A stretch of 64,000 bases of DNA from Dehalococcoidia bacterium (GTDB lineage: Bacteria; Chloroflexota; Dehalococcoidia; Lucifugimonadales; JAGWBF01), in NCBI GenBank assembly GCA_965261965.1, contig OZ253489.1, positions 2,459,618 to 2,523,617 on the forward strand. Direction: 5' to 3'. This document shows positions 47,038 to 57,684 of the stretch, one piece after another (position 1 is the stretch's first letter; the number at the start of each line of letters is the position of its first letter). The notes under the pieces were generated by a model. That model saw nothing but the letters and a program-made list of their open reading frames with translations. It was not told the DNA's origin and did no database searches. The position numbers were made by a program, and so were the translations under genes.

Positions 47038-47406
47038 CTAGAAGGGGGAGTCCTCGTCTGCGGTCTGCTCCTGCTGCCCGCCGTTGCGGGAGTCGAGGAA
47101 GACGACCTCCGAGGCGTGAATCTCGGTGCGGTAGCGCCGCTGGCCGTCCTCGCCTTCCCAGGTGTTCTGGGCCAGGCAGCCCGCGACGTAGATGCGGTCG
47201 CCCTTCCCGACGTACTGGTTCACCGCCTCGGCCTGCTTGCTCCAGCAGACGATGTTGTGCCAGTCGGCCTCGACCTCCCCGTCCTGGCGGCGGCGGTCCG
47301 TCGCCAGCCGCAGCTTGGTGACGGCGGTCCCGCCAGACGTGTACTGCATCTCCGGCTCCGTGCCGACCCTGCCCAAGAGCTCTACCTTGTTGATGGTGCG
47401 TGCCAT
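47038..47406 (-). CDS. ssb: single-stranded DNA-binding protein
   Basis: The start at 47406 (MARTINKVELLGRVG) follows CAGGAGGAA. It has an OB fold (WHNIVCW...GDRIYVAG) and an acidic tail ending in DEDSPF. Confidence 0.9.
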   Translation of the reverse strand: MARTINKVELLGRVGTEPEMQYTSGGTAVTKLRLATDRRRQDGEVEADWHNIVCWSKQAEAVNQYVGKGDRIYVAGCLAQNTWEGEDGQRRYRTEIHASEVVFLDSRNGGQQEQTADEDSPF

Positions 47407-47460
47407 TTCGGTTCCTCCTGAATGGTGTGGCGCAGCCATGCCGCGCCCGTCTGAATGAGA

Positions 47461-47497
47461 GCGGGGCCGCGACCCCTGTAGAGGGAACCGGCCCCGT
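47461..47497 (-). repeat. intergenic GC hairpin, family member 4
   Basis: GCGGGGCCG - 19 nt (contains CCCTGTAGAGGG) - CGGCCCCGT. A second hairpin, CGCCTGC..GCAGGCG, follows. Confidence 0.6.
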
Positions 47498-47538
47498 CGC
47501 GCCTGCCCGTTGCAGGCGGGCGCTCCGTTGGGGAGCGT

Positions 47539-48633
47539 CTAGCTGACCCGCAGGTACTCGGAGACGTTCTCGGTGACGATCTCCGCCCTGGTCTCCGGGT
47601 CCAGCAGGTTGTTGAGCTTGCGGTAGTCCACCGAGTAGCGGCGGGACTTCACCATGCCCACGGAGCGGGTCTTCTCCCGCCCTTCGAGCTTGGCCCTGTC
47701 CACCCCCTTCCGGCCCAGCCTGGCCCGGAGCTTCTCGACCACCCACCGCTTCTCGTCCTCGAACTCCCGGATGGTGTCCTGTATCTCCTCGTACTCGTGG
47801 AGCGCATTGCGCGCTTCCTCGTCGGTCAGCGGCTCCTGTGGCTCGGTGTTCTCGGCGGGTTCCGCCTCCCCCTCGGCCTCCGCCGCCATCCCCGGCAGGC
47901 AGGCGTTGAGGAAGGGGCAGGACTTGCACTGCCAGTCCTTGGCGGTAAAGTCCCGTTCCGGCAGGGCGTCGGGGTCCGGTCCGTTGAGGACGAGGTGAGC
48001 GCCCAGCTCCCCCAGCCATTCGCAGGCCCGCTCCAGGGCATGTCCCACCCGCTCGGCGGGGATGACCTCGTAGTCCCACTGCCTGCTGCCGGTGTCCATC
48101 GTGGCGATCACCGCGTCCCGCAGCTCGCCGTAAACGCCCAGGGTGTAGAAGCCTGCCTGGGCCACCGACGCCGGGTGGCTGCGCTCCGCGCCCAGGGAGC
48201 GCCACCGCTTGAACGCCTCCGGCCCCCTGGTCTTCACCTCGATGACGCTGGGCTTGTCTCCGAAGATGGGCGTCACCCCCGTGGCGTCGGGGTGTCCCGT
48301 CACCACCATAGCCTGCCCCGTACCTGATACGGGGTTGGGGCCGATGCTCACCGACACCTGCTGCGGGTCCTGGGGGTCGGCTGGAGCCACCACCCAACCG
48401 GCCCGCTCCATCGCCCCCAGCACCACCGGCTCCAGGGCATTGCCCGCTTCGAGCACCGTCAGCGTCTCGGCGGTGGTGGGGCTGGTGGCTTCGTAGCCTG
48501 TCGCCGCGTACCAGAGGGCGCGGCGGCAGTTGCCCGCCGCCGATGCCCGGACTTCCAGGTTGCCGGCGGCGTCGAACCGCGCCGCCGGGCGGGAGTAGAC
48601 CTCCGCCTTGTTGTGGTCAATAGTCGTTGTCAT
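47539..48633 (-). CDS. Cas4/AddB-like PD-(D/E)XK exonuclease with a 4-Cys cluster
   Basis: 364 aa. The N-terminal Cys is in AAGNCRRALWY. The nuclease core is PDATG...VIEVKTR. The C-terminal motif is CKSCPFLNAC (CX2CX5C). Confidence 0.7.
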   Translation of the reverse strand: MTTTIDHNKAEVYSRPAARFDAAGNLEVRASAAGNCRRALWYAATGYEATSPTTAETLTVLEAGNALEPVVLGAMERAGWVVAPADPQDPQQVSVSIGPNPVSGTGQAMVVTGHPDATGVTPIFGDKPSVIEVKTRGPEAFKRWRSLGAERSHPASVAQAGFYTLGVYGELRDAVIATMDTGSRQWDYEVIPAERVGHALERACEWLGELGAHLVLNGPDPDALPERDFTAKDWQCKSCPFLNACLPGMAAEAEGEAEPAENTEPQEPLTDEEARNALHEYEEIQDTIREFEDEKRWVVEKLRARLGRKGVDRAKLEGREKTRSVGMVKSRRYSVDYRKLNNLLDPETRAEIVTENVSEYLRVS

Positions 48634-48674
48634 GTCGCTCTCCTTCTCTTGTCGTGGTGTCCTGTAGATGAAAA

Positions 48675-48707
48675 GCGGGGCCGCCCCCCGTGTGGAGACA
48701 GCCCCGT
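48675..48707 (-). repeat. intergenic GC hairpin, family member 5
   Basis: GCGGGGC - 19 nt - GCCCCGT. TCCTGTAG lies at 48660-48667, just upstream of the exonuclease start. Confidence 0.55.
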
Positions 48708-48739
48708 AGTTGCGCCCTGCGTCCGTTGTACGCGCCTCT

Positions 48740-49135
48740 TCAGGCGGCCTTCTGTGCTTCGCCTTCTTGCACCTCCTCTCCGGTCTTCAGGTGTTGCCTC
48801 AGCACGTGGGCGATGCCGTCGCCCAACCCCAACACCCACACCGACACGCCGTCTGCGAGCCGGTTGGCGAAGGGCTGCATCTCCTGGATGCCCCGGCACT
48901 GGTCTATGATCTCGGCCAGGGGCGTGCCCCGCCGCAGATGGAGCGAGATCAGACGGCAGGCCAGCTCGGTGACCCCGTGCTGGAACGAGCCGCCCTTGCC
49001 CATGTGCCCGAAGACCTCGAAGGGCTTGCCGTCCTCGTCCGTCGAGACGGTGACGTAGAGGTTGCCCATCTCGGTGCTGAGCTTGGTCGTCGTGCTGGGC
49101 AGGCTGCGGGGTCTAGGCCACGTGGTCGTAGCCAT
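48740..49135 (-). CDS. TSCPD-domain protein
   Basis: 131 aa. GNLYVTVSTDEDGKPFEVFGHMGKGGSFQHGVTELACRLISLHLRRGTPLAEIIDQCRGI resembles the C-terminal TSCPD module of class II ribonucleotide reductases. Confidence 0.7.
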   Translation of the reverse strand: MATTTWPRPRSLPSTTTKLSTEMGNLYVTVSTDEDGKPFEVFGHMGKGGSFQHGVTELACRLISLHLRRGTPLAEIIDQCRGIQEMQPFANRLADGVSVWVLGLGDGIAHVLRQHLKTGEEVQEGEAQKAA

Positions 49136-49451
49136 CGTCCGCCCCCTTTCCCCGGAGATAGGGCAGCGCAGGAGCGTACCGCTCGAAGTAGGCTGCGGTC
49201 CTGAGCGCGGCCTCCCGTTCCCGGTGGTCGGCGAGGCCTAGCAGCGTCCTGACGATGGGTTCCTCGCAGTCCTCCTCGGCGAAGGTTGGGGTGAACATGG
49301 CGTCCCGCACCTCGGCGGGCAGTTCGTCCCACCGCTCCCGGCTGAGCTTCAGTCCGCCGTGGCTGGGAGTGGACACCCGCCAGACGCCCTCAGCCAGCTC
49401 CTCAACGTCATGGGTCCACCCCCAAGGTGTGCACATCAAGGTTTCCGTCAT
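49113..49451 (-). CDS. hypothetical protein
   Basis: 112 aa (WGWTHDVEELAEGVWRVSTPSHGGLKLS). AAAGGAG lies upstream of the start. Confidence 0.5.
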   Translation of the reverse strand: MTETLMCTPWGWTHDVEELAEGVWRVSTPSHGGLKLSRERWDELPAEVRDAMFTPTFAEEDCEEPIVRTLLGLADHREREAALRTAAYFERYAPALPYLRGKGADDGYDHVA

Positions 49452-49480
49452 CGGTCGTGTCTCCTTTCCTGTAGATGGAG

Positions 49481-49512
49481 AGCGGGGCCGCCCCGTCTGG
49501 GACAGCCCCGCT
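49481..49512 (-). repeat. intergenic GC hairpin, family member 6
   Basis: AGCGGGGC - 16 nt - GCCCCGCT. TCCTGTAG lies at 49467-49474. Confidence 0.55.
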
Positions 49513-49541
49513 CGGTTGCGTGTTCCGATGGACTGGACGGA

Positions 49542-50411
49542 CTAGGCCGCCTGCGCCTGCCGCATCTGCTGGAGCTTCTCGGTCGCCCCCTCGATGAGGG
49601 GCGTCAGCGCCGGAGCGGGCAGCTCGTCCAGGTCTTTGCCCGTCTGCCTCTTCACGGCAGTCCTCACCTGGGCCTCGTCGAAGCCCTGCGCAACGCCAAG
49701 CTCGACGAGCCGCTCCCGCAGCTTGAGCACGGAGGTGTCGCCGCCGTGATTGGCCGGGGCCGGGTTGGACACCGCCTTTGCCTGGGTGGGAGCGCGCTGG
49801 GGGCGTGGCGAGCCGCCGCCGTTACCGCCCGTCTGCCTGGCGGCGGTCCGGCGGCCTCTGGCTTCCTCCACCGGCTGGTCGCCGTAGAACCCGCTCCCGA
49901 ACTGAAGGCCGAAGCTCCTGAGCGCCCGCTTCATGCCGTCCGTCACCGCGCCCTTGATGGCGGTGTCGTGGCCGTCGGCGGTCTCTTCGGCAACAGCGTG
50001 GAAGCCGATGTCGGTGCGGGGAGGCGCGCCGGGGACGGTGACCCGCACTGGTGCGCTGTAGGCGGAGGTGGCCGTCACCTCTCCGGTCTTCGTATCGACG
50101 GTCTCGATCTGGCGCAGGGTGACGTCACCGAGCAACTCGTACCCCCAGCCGCCGAATCCGAACACCTTGTTGGCCTGGTCGATGACCGTGTGGCCTTCCA
50201 GGTAGTCGTAGGTGCGCCCGGCGCGGCCCTTGCGCTGGGAGACCAGCGCGGGGTCGAGGGGTTGCCCTAAGGCGTTGGTGACGGCGGGCGAAAGCCCGTC
50301 CCAAAGCAGCTCGTGCGTCGCGTCAAGCGCGGCGTCGTGTCCGTTGACGTGGACGAGGCCGTTGCCGGTCCCGTTGCCATGTCCGTTGTTGCTTCCGTTC
50401 CTGTTCACCAT
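49542..50411 (-). CDS. Rad52/22-family single-strand annealing protein
   Basis: The start at 50411 (MVNRNGS) follows GAAGGAGA. The core is YLEGHTVIDQANKVFGFGGWGYE...AVTDGMKRALRSFGLQFG. Confidence 0.85.
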   Translation of the reverse strand: MVNRNGSNNGHGNGTGNGLVHVNGHDAALDATHELLWDGLSPAVTNALGQPLDPALVSQRKGRAGRTYDYLEGHTVIDQANKVFGFGGWGYELLGDVTLRQIETVDTKTGEVTATSAYSAPVRVTVPGAPPRTDIGFHAVAEETADGHDTAIKGAVTDGMKRALRSFGLQFGSGFYGDQPVEEARGRRTAARQTGGNGGGSPRPQRAPTQAKAVSNPAPANHGGDTSVLKLRERLVELGVAQGFDEAQVRTAVKRQTGKDLDELPAPALTPLIEGATEKLQQMRQAQAA

Positions 50412-50603
50412 GTCTGTCTCCTTCTGTGTGGTGCGTTCCTGTAGCGAATGGTTGGTGCGGACTCCCCCCGTATCAAGTACGGGGCAGGCTCTATGGGAGG
50501 CCGTGGGCGGGCAGAGCCCGTCGTGCATTGGGCATAGGTCCTCCAAGGCGGTGAGAGTGGCAATGGATGAAGCGGGAGCAAGTCCCGCGAGGGAAGTGGC
50601 GCG

Positions 50604-51655
50604 CTAGCGGGCGGAGCGGGCCGCCTGAGCCAACAGGCGGAGGAAGGCGGCGCGGCCGTGGGGAAGGGCCGCAAGCTCGGCCACGTCGCCGACACCCTGG
50701 GGAAGGGTGACGGCGGCGGCCCTGCGCCCAAGCAAGCCCGCAAGCCGCTCGGCGGCATCAAGGCCCGCGTCGTCGTTGTCGAAGGCGAGGAAGACGCGGG
50801 GACAGCCCCGCAGAGCTGCGGCGACCCGCTCAACGCCCTGGGTTCCCAGGGCGGCGCAGGCGGGCACGCCCCAACCGGCAAGGGCAAGCCAGTCGAAGAC
50901 CCCTTCGGCCACGACCGCCCAGGGAGGCGCAACCCCAAGACGCCCAAGCCCAAGCACCGGCTTGGGGCCGGGCAACGCCTGGAACCGGGGCGTCCGGTCG
51001 GGGTAGACGGCCCGCCCGACGAGCCAGCGGGCGAGGCAGCCGGAGGCTTCGGGGACGACCACCATCCCCGCGAACCGCTCACCGAGCGCGGTGAACAGGC
51101 CGCAGTCCCTGAGCCGGTCGGAAGCGAAGCCGTCCGACTCAAGGGCCTCCCGCAGCCCGTGTCCCGGTGCGTAGCCGAGGCCGAGCCGCAAGGCGGCGTC
51201 AAGACTGACGCCACGCGAGGCCAGGTACTCCCAAGCGGCGGGGCTGCGCCGGAGCTGCCCGGCGTAGAACCGCGTTGCCGCCGTCAGCAGCGACGGGTCC
51301 CTAGGAGGCAACGCTGTGGCGGTTGAGCCGCGAGGCTTGACCGCTGCCTGGGAGCGGACGGCGGCACCTGGAACCACCCACGCGCCGCCGTCCAGCCGCC
51401 GGATCGCATCGGGCAGGCTCAGGTTCTCGGCGAGCCGAACGAAGTCCAGCACGTCGCCGCCCGCCCCGCAGCCGAAGCAGTAGAACCGCTCGGTGTCGGC
51501 GTACACCGTGAAGCTGCCCTCGGCCTCGTTGTGGAAGGGGCAGACGCCCTGCCGGACCCTGCCCCTTCCCCTCAGCCGAACCCCCGACGCCTCCACCACG
51601 CCGCCCAGGGGGTGACGGGCCTTCAGTGCCGGGATGTCCACGTTGGCCGTGACCA

Positions 51656-51656
<1 letters not shown>
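50604..51656 (-). CDS. DnaG-like primase (CHC2 zinc finger + Toprim)
   Basis: The start at 51656 (MVTANVD) follows GGAGGTG. The zinc finger is CPFHNEAEGSFTVY...FYCFGCGAGGDV. Toprim residues are VVAEGVFD...AFDNDDAG. Confidence 0.85.
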
Positions 51657-53650
<1,994 letters not shown>

Positions 53651-54058
53651 GGTTGACGAAAGACGCACTCCGCCCACGGTCGGATGCCGGACGCGGGAGA
53701 CGGAGTGGGGTCAAAAAGGACGCAGCTCGGCCCAGGGTCAAGTCAGGGGGAATCGACTCAGGGGGAGCTGCTGTTACGTGGGGGATGAAGAAGACGCAGC
53801 CTGGCCCAGGTGATCCGTTGCGAATCGACTTGGGAAGCTGCGAGACGTGAAGCGGCCAGCCTGCTTCTCAGTGGCAGACCGGCGCGTGTCGAAGCTGCGG
53901 GACGGCTGGGGGCAGCCATGCCGCAGGCATGTGGAACCGGTCGGGGCGAAAGACGCACTCCGACCGACTGTTGAGGACGAAACGCAAGGCGCGCTCCGTT
54001 CCCGATGTCCAGCGACAGAAGCGATCAACTCCAACCGCCAGACTGGTGTCCGAGGGGT

Positions 54059-54165
54059 GAAGGACCAACGTCAAACTTCAACCACCGGACTGGGCCGAGG
54101 ACGAAGGACCAATGTCAACTCCGTAGATTCGGCCCGCGCTGCTTGCGAAGGACCAACGTCAAACT
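54059..54165. repeat. three iteron-like direct repeats at exact 44-nt phasing
   Basis: GAAGGACCAAYGTCAA(A)CT starts at 54059, 54103 and 54147. The intervening ~25-nt spacers are unrelated. Confidence 0.75.
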
Positions 54166-54388
54166 CCGCAGTGGCAGCATTCCCTCGTGGGTGACTCTAT
54201 GGTCTACCCGTGCAACAGGGATCACGCACCCAGGTTTCTATGGTTGGAAACCGTGGAAAAAGCCTAACAACGCACCCATTATTACCGCGCCCAACACCCC
54301 AACGTGAGGGCTTCCGGCACCCCTTCCGAAGATTGCCGCCAAAGTGTTCACAAAAGTTCACAACTAACCCGGCGCACGTCCGGCCCGT

Positions 54389-55252
54389 CTACTGCCGCCA
54401 CAGGCCGAGGGTCAGGACACGCCTTGCCCACCGCCGAAGCTCCTGCTGCTTCAGCACTCTCCGCGTGTCGTAGAGCGCTGTCCTGCGCCAGTTGGTCTGC
54501 CCGCTCCGGTCGAGGCCCCGCAGCGGCTGCTTCTCCGGCGGCAGCGTCATCCCGTGCTCCTCCAGCAGCGCCAGCTCCACCACCAGCAACCGCTCCCGGG
54601 TCGCCAGCCACGCAAGCCCCTTCCCGTCGTTGGGGTGCGCGTCCTTCAGCTCCCGCCACTCGACGATCAGCGGCCACGCCGCGCCGAATATCTCCTCGTC
54701 GTCCGGGGCCGGCTCCCGCGTCGCCAGGTCGGGGTGCTCCCGCCGCATCGACGGCTTCGACGGGGGTTTCCTGCCCTGGCCCGACGCACCGCCTTCCGCT
54801 TCGTCAACACCACCACGGGAGGGACCGGCGCCGGCATGACCGGCCCCGGTCCCCTGGGCAGCGTCACGCCGCAGGGCTTCGACACCGCCCTCGACAGCAG
54901 CCGCGCGCCTTCGCAGCTCCTTGCCCAGCTCGTCGTGCCCCTTCTCCAACGCCTCATGGCCCCGTTCCAGCGACTCGACCCGCTCTTCCAGCCTGTCGTT
55001 GCGTTCCCGCTGCCGGGCCGCCGCCGAGCCGACGCCCTCTTGCAGCGCCCGCTCCAAGGCTTCGCGCACCCGCCGGGACAGCTGACCCGTCTTTGCGCTC
55101 TCGGCCACCGTCCGCTGGTCAATATCCAGCACTCGCGCCGCGCCTTTGTAGCCCTTCTCCCGCACCAGCTCGCTCAGCAGAGCCATGAGCCGCATGTGGT
55201 AGACGTTCTCCACGTCCCTGCTGTCTTCGATGCCGTGTTCGGTCGTTTTCAT
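54389..55252 (-). CDS. hypothetical HTH / coiled-coil protein
   Basis: 287 aa. AAGGAG..AAAGGAG lies before the ATG. The HTH-like segment is GAARVLDIDQRTVAESAKTG, followed by an ERxE coiled coil. Confidence 0.55.
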   Translation of the reverse strand: MKTTEHGIEDSRDVENVYHMRLMALLSELVREKGYKGAARVLDIDQRTVAESAKTGQLSRRVREALERALQEGVGSAAARQRERNDRLEERVESLERGHEALEKGHDELGKELRRRAAAVEGGVEALRRDAAQGTGAGHAGAGPSRGGVDEAEGGASGQGRKPPSKPSMRREHPDLATREPAPDDEEIFGAAWPLIVEWRELKDAHPNDGKGLAWLATRERLLVVELALLEEHGMTLPPEKQPLRGLDRSGQTNWRRTALYDTRRVLKQQELRRWARRVLTLGLWRQ

Positions 55253-55927
55253 GGCTCCTTTGCTCCTTCGTAGAACTCTCTTTCAGCCACGGTGCGGCTT
55301 CCCCCCGGTCTTCGGCCATGTCATTGGGGGCCGTAACGCACCCCCACTTCAATCGCCGTTTCGGGGGTCTTTTGTCATTGAGTCGCCACTCCCACGGGCC
55401 TGCCGATGCCACGCCCCACCTTTGGCGTTGTCATTGCAATCCGGAACGCACTCTTTCAACCAAGTGTTCACTGGTTACCTCCTGTAGGGGGGCGATTTCC
55501 CCCTGTACCAGCTACGAAATCACGACTCTCGCCCCTCTGTTACCAAACTCAATCTCCTGTACACCCCCAATACTGCACGAAAGAGGCCGTCGAAAAGAGG
55601 GCCTATAAGGGGGCGCAGGTGTGCGCTGCCCTACAGGGGAGAGGGCCTATAGGGGGCCGCATTCCTGCGCAGCCCTATGGGAGGTCTTCTGCGGCGTTTG
55701 ATTTATTCACACTCTTTTGCGAGTGCCGCGACCCGGTGAGTCGCAGCAGTTCGCAGAGAGGTGAACAAGTTGGCGCTGAAATCGAGAGTCAACGTGCCCC
55801 TGTGGGTGTCCCACAGGGAGGCCGTGGACGCCCTGGGGCCGCTGGGACGCGCCTGGCGCAGCTCCGGCGACCCGGAGTCGCCCCAGGCCCTGCCGCCCCA
55901 ATGAAAGACGAGTGACGAGAGAGACCC

Positions 55928-56209
55928 ATGCCTACACAAGACGCCCACCAGCAGAAAGGCCCCCGAAGGCGCAGAGGACGGACCGTTGTCCGGCTCGACG
56001 CGGCGGCCCTCTGGAAGCGGCTCGCGCTGCTGAACCGCTCCCAGAACTGGCTCGCCAGGGAGATCGGGGTCAGCCCCGGTTACGCGTCGATGCTGGTCAA
56101 CGCGGGGCGAGCGCCCTCCGGTCGCATCCGCCGCCGGATGCTCAAGGCCCTAGAACTGACCGAATTCGGCGACCTGTTCAGATTGGAGGAGAGAGATGAA
56201 CAACCGTAA
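55928..56209 (+). CDS. XRE-family HTH regulator
   Basis: 93 aa. The HTH is LNRSQNWLAREIGVSPGYASMLVNAGR. Confidence 0.7.
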   Translation: MPTQDAHQQKGPRRRRGRTVVRLDAAALWKRLALLNRSQNWLAREIGVSPGYASMLVNAGRAPSGRIRRRMLKALELTEFGDLFRLEERDEQP

Positions 56210-56513
56210 CGACTCGACCCGTTTCGACGGGCTTCGCGACAACGGAGCGGACGGGACGCAGCCCCTGGTGAGCGGCGTGCTGTCGCAGGACTTCCCCAAG
56301 CGCCTCGAACGCCTCAAGGAGGCCAGCGGCCTCAGCTGGCGCGGCATGGCCAAGGCCCTCGGCGTGGACCCCAAGCAGCTGCTCAGGTGGCGCAAGGGCG
56401 TCGAGCCGTGCGGGGGAGCGATGCACTCGATCTTCCGCTTCGCAAGCCGGTTGCCCGGCGGCCTGGAAATTCTCATCGGCGAGGGCTTCCAGATGACCTT
56501 CTTCAAGGACTGA
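56196..56513 (+). CDS. HTH-domain protein
   Basis: 105 aa. GGAGGAGAGAG lies before the ATG. The segment is GLSWRGMAKALGVDPKQLLRWRKG. It overlaps the XRE gene by 14 nt. Confidence 0.55.
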   Translation: MNNRNDSTRFDGLRDNGADGTQPLVSGVLSQDFPKRLERLKEASGLSWRGMAKALGVDPKQLLRWRKGVEPCGGAMHSIFRFASRLPGGLEILIGEGFQMTFFKD

Positions 56514-56670
56514 CCGGAACGCCCCCCCGCGTACGCGCAACGGCGGCAAGGCGGGGCATCAGACGGCACGGAGGCCGCCGGCGCTCGCCCATTCCGTCGG
56601 CGCCGGGCGGCCCTGCCGCACACCTGCAACGAGAGGCCAGCGGCCCACGAACCGCCGCTGCGACTACGAT

Positions 56671-56896
56671 CATGAAAGATACCGAAGGTAAGAAGAGACG
56701 AAAGAGGCCCGACGAGCTGCCTCCCGAAGCCTCCCCGGACAGCCCGGAGGTGTCGTACACCCCGGAGCAGCGGAGGATGATCCGCAACGGGCTGCGCATC
56801 TGGGCCAGGGTCGCCATCCGCTCCTATATGCGCAAGCACGGGGCCGCATTGTCCCTGCCCGAGGCTGCACCGGACGGCGGCGAGGAGGAGGACTGA
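56671..56896 (+). CDS. small hypothetical protein
   Basis: This is an internal Met of ORF 56387..56896 giving a basic then acidic 74-aa product. There is no clear SD. Confidence 0.3.
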
Positions 56897-56962
56897 TGGC
56901 TCCGCAGGACGCGGGAGACTGAGATGTGCAGGAAGAAGGCACGCGGCGAGCGCCGCAGCGTC

Positions 56963-57349
56963 CTAGTACATGATCATGTGGGTGGGAACCAGCCGTTGAG
57001 CTTCCGGGTCCACCGCCAACGCCAGACCCTCCAGGGTGTAGGCCCCCAGCAGTGGAGGGGCCTCGTCCTCTCCAAAGACCACGATGGTGACTACGCTCTC
57101 GCCGTCTATCGTAGCCCACGCCTGGCCGTAGTCCATCTCGACGCGCCGCCCGTCCGCCAGCAGGAACCCGCGCTTGCCAGTAGCCTCAACGCCCAACTCC
57201 CGCAGCAGGCGCGAGGGCAGGGTGGTGAACGATGCGCCGGTATCCACCGTCGCCTCTATTTCCTGGGCCTGTTGGCCGTCCATGCTGGAGATGCGCAGCG
57301 GCCACCTGAAAGTCCCCATAGGGCGCCTCCTCGCCGAAGTGTCTACCAC
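56963..57349 (-). CDS. retropepsin-like (clan AA) aspartyl protease
   Basis: 128 aa. The active-site motif is ATVDTGASFTTLP, with a downstream LLG...LEGL flap/dimer region. Confidence 0.7.
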   Translation of the reverse strand: MVDTSARRRPMGTFRWPLRISSMDGQQAQEIEATVDTGASFTTLPSRLLRELGVEATGKRGFLLADGRRVEMDYGQAWATIDGESVVTIVVFGEDEAPPLLGAYTLEGLALAVDPEAQRLVPTHMIMY

Positions 57350-57463
57350 CCCATTTTACCCGATTTTGAGGGCCTCTTACAGAGGCCCGGACCTTGACAG
57401 CGGCCTGCCGTTTCGTTCATGATAAGGATAAGACATTGTATTACAGCGAGAGGCAAAGAGAGA

Positions 57464-57667
57464 GTGTCCACACCCAGAAAGTCGAAGGTCATCACCTTCT
57501 CCCTGCCACCGGAGATGGACGAGCAACTGCGGCAGGTGGTCGAGGAGGAGGGCCGCACCGTGAGCGAGCTTCTTCGCGAGGCATTCCGCCTCTACTTGGA
57601 GGAGAGGGCATGGCGCAGACAGGAACGGATGCAGATGCGGCGCTCACGCCAAACCGACCAGGAATGA
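57464..57667 (+). CDS. ribbon-helix-helix (CopG-like) protein
   Basis: KVITFSLPPEMDEQLRQVVEEEGRTVSELLREAFRLYL. I prefer the GTG at 57464 because TTGACA at 57394 would put the ATG at 57419 in or near the -10 region. The alternative start is 57419. Confidence 0.55.
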   Translation: MSTPRKSKVITFSLPPEMDEQLRQVVEEEGRTVSELLREAFRLYLEERAWRRQERMQMRRSRQTDQE

Positions 57668-57684
57668 ACAAGGAGGACGCACCC

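Noticed and set aside
54059-54165. CRISPR-like array, with repeats of ~19 nt and unique ~25-nt spacers.
   Set aside because: There are only three units, and the repeats are too short and not palindromic. No cas genes or leader are present. The 44-nt phasing fits protein-binding iterons better.
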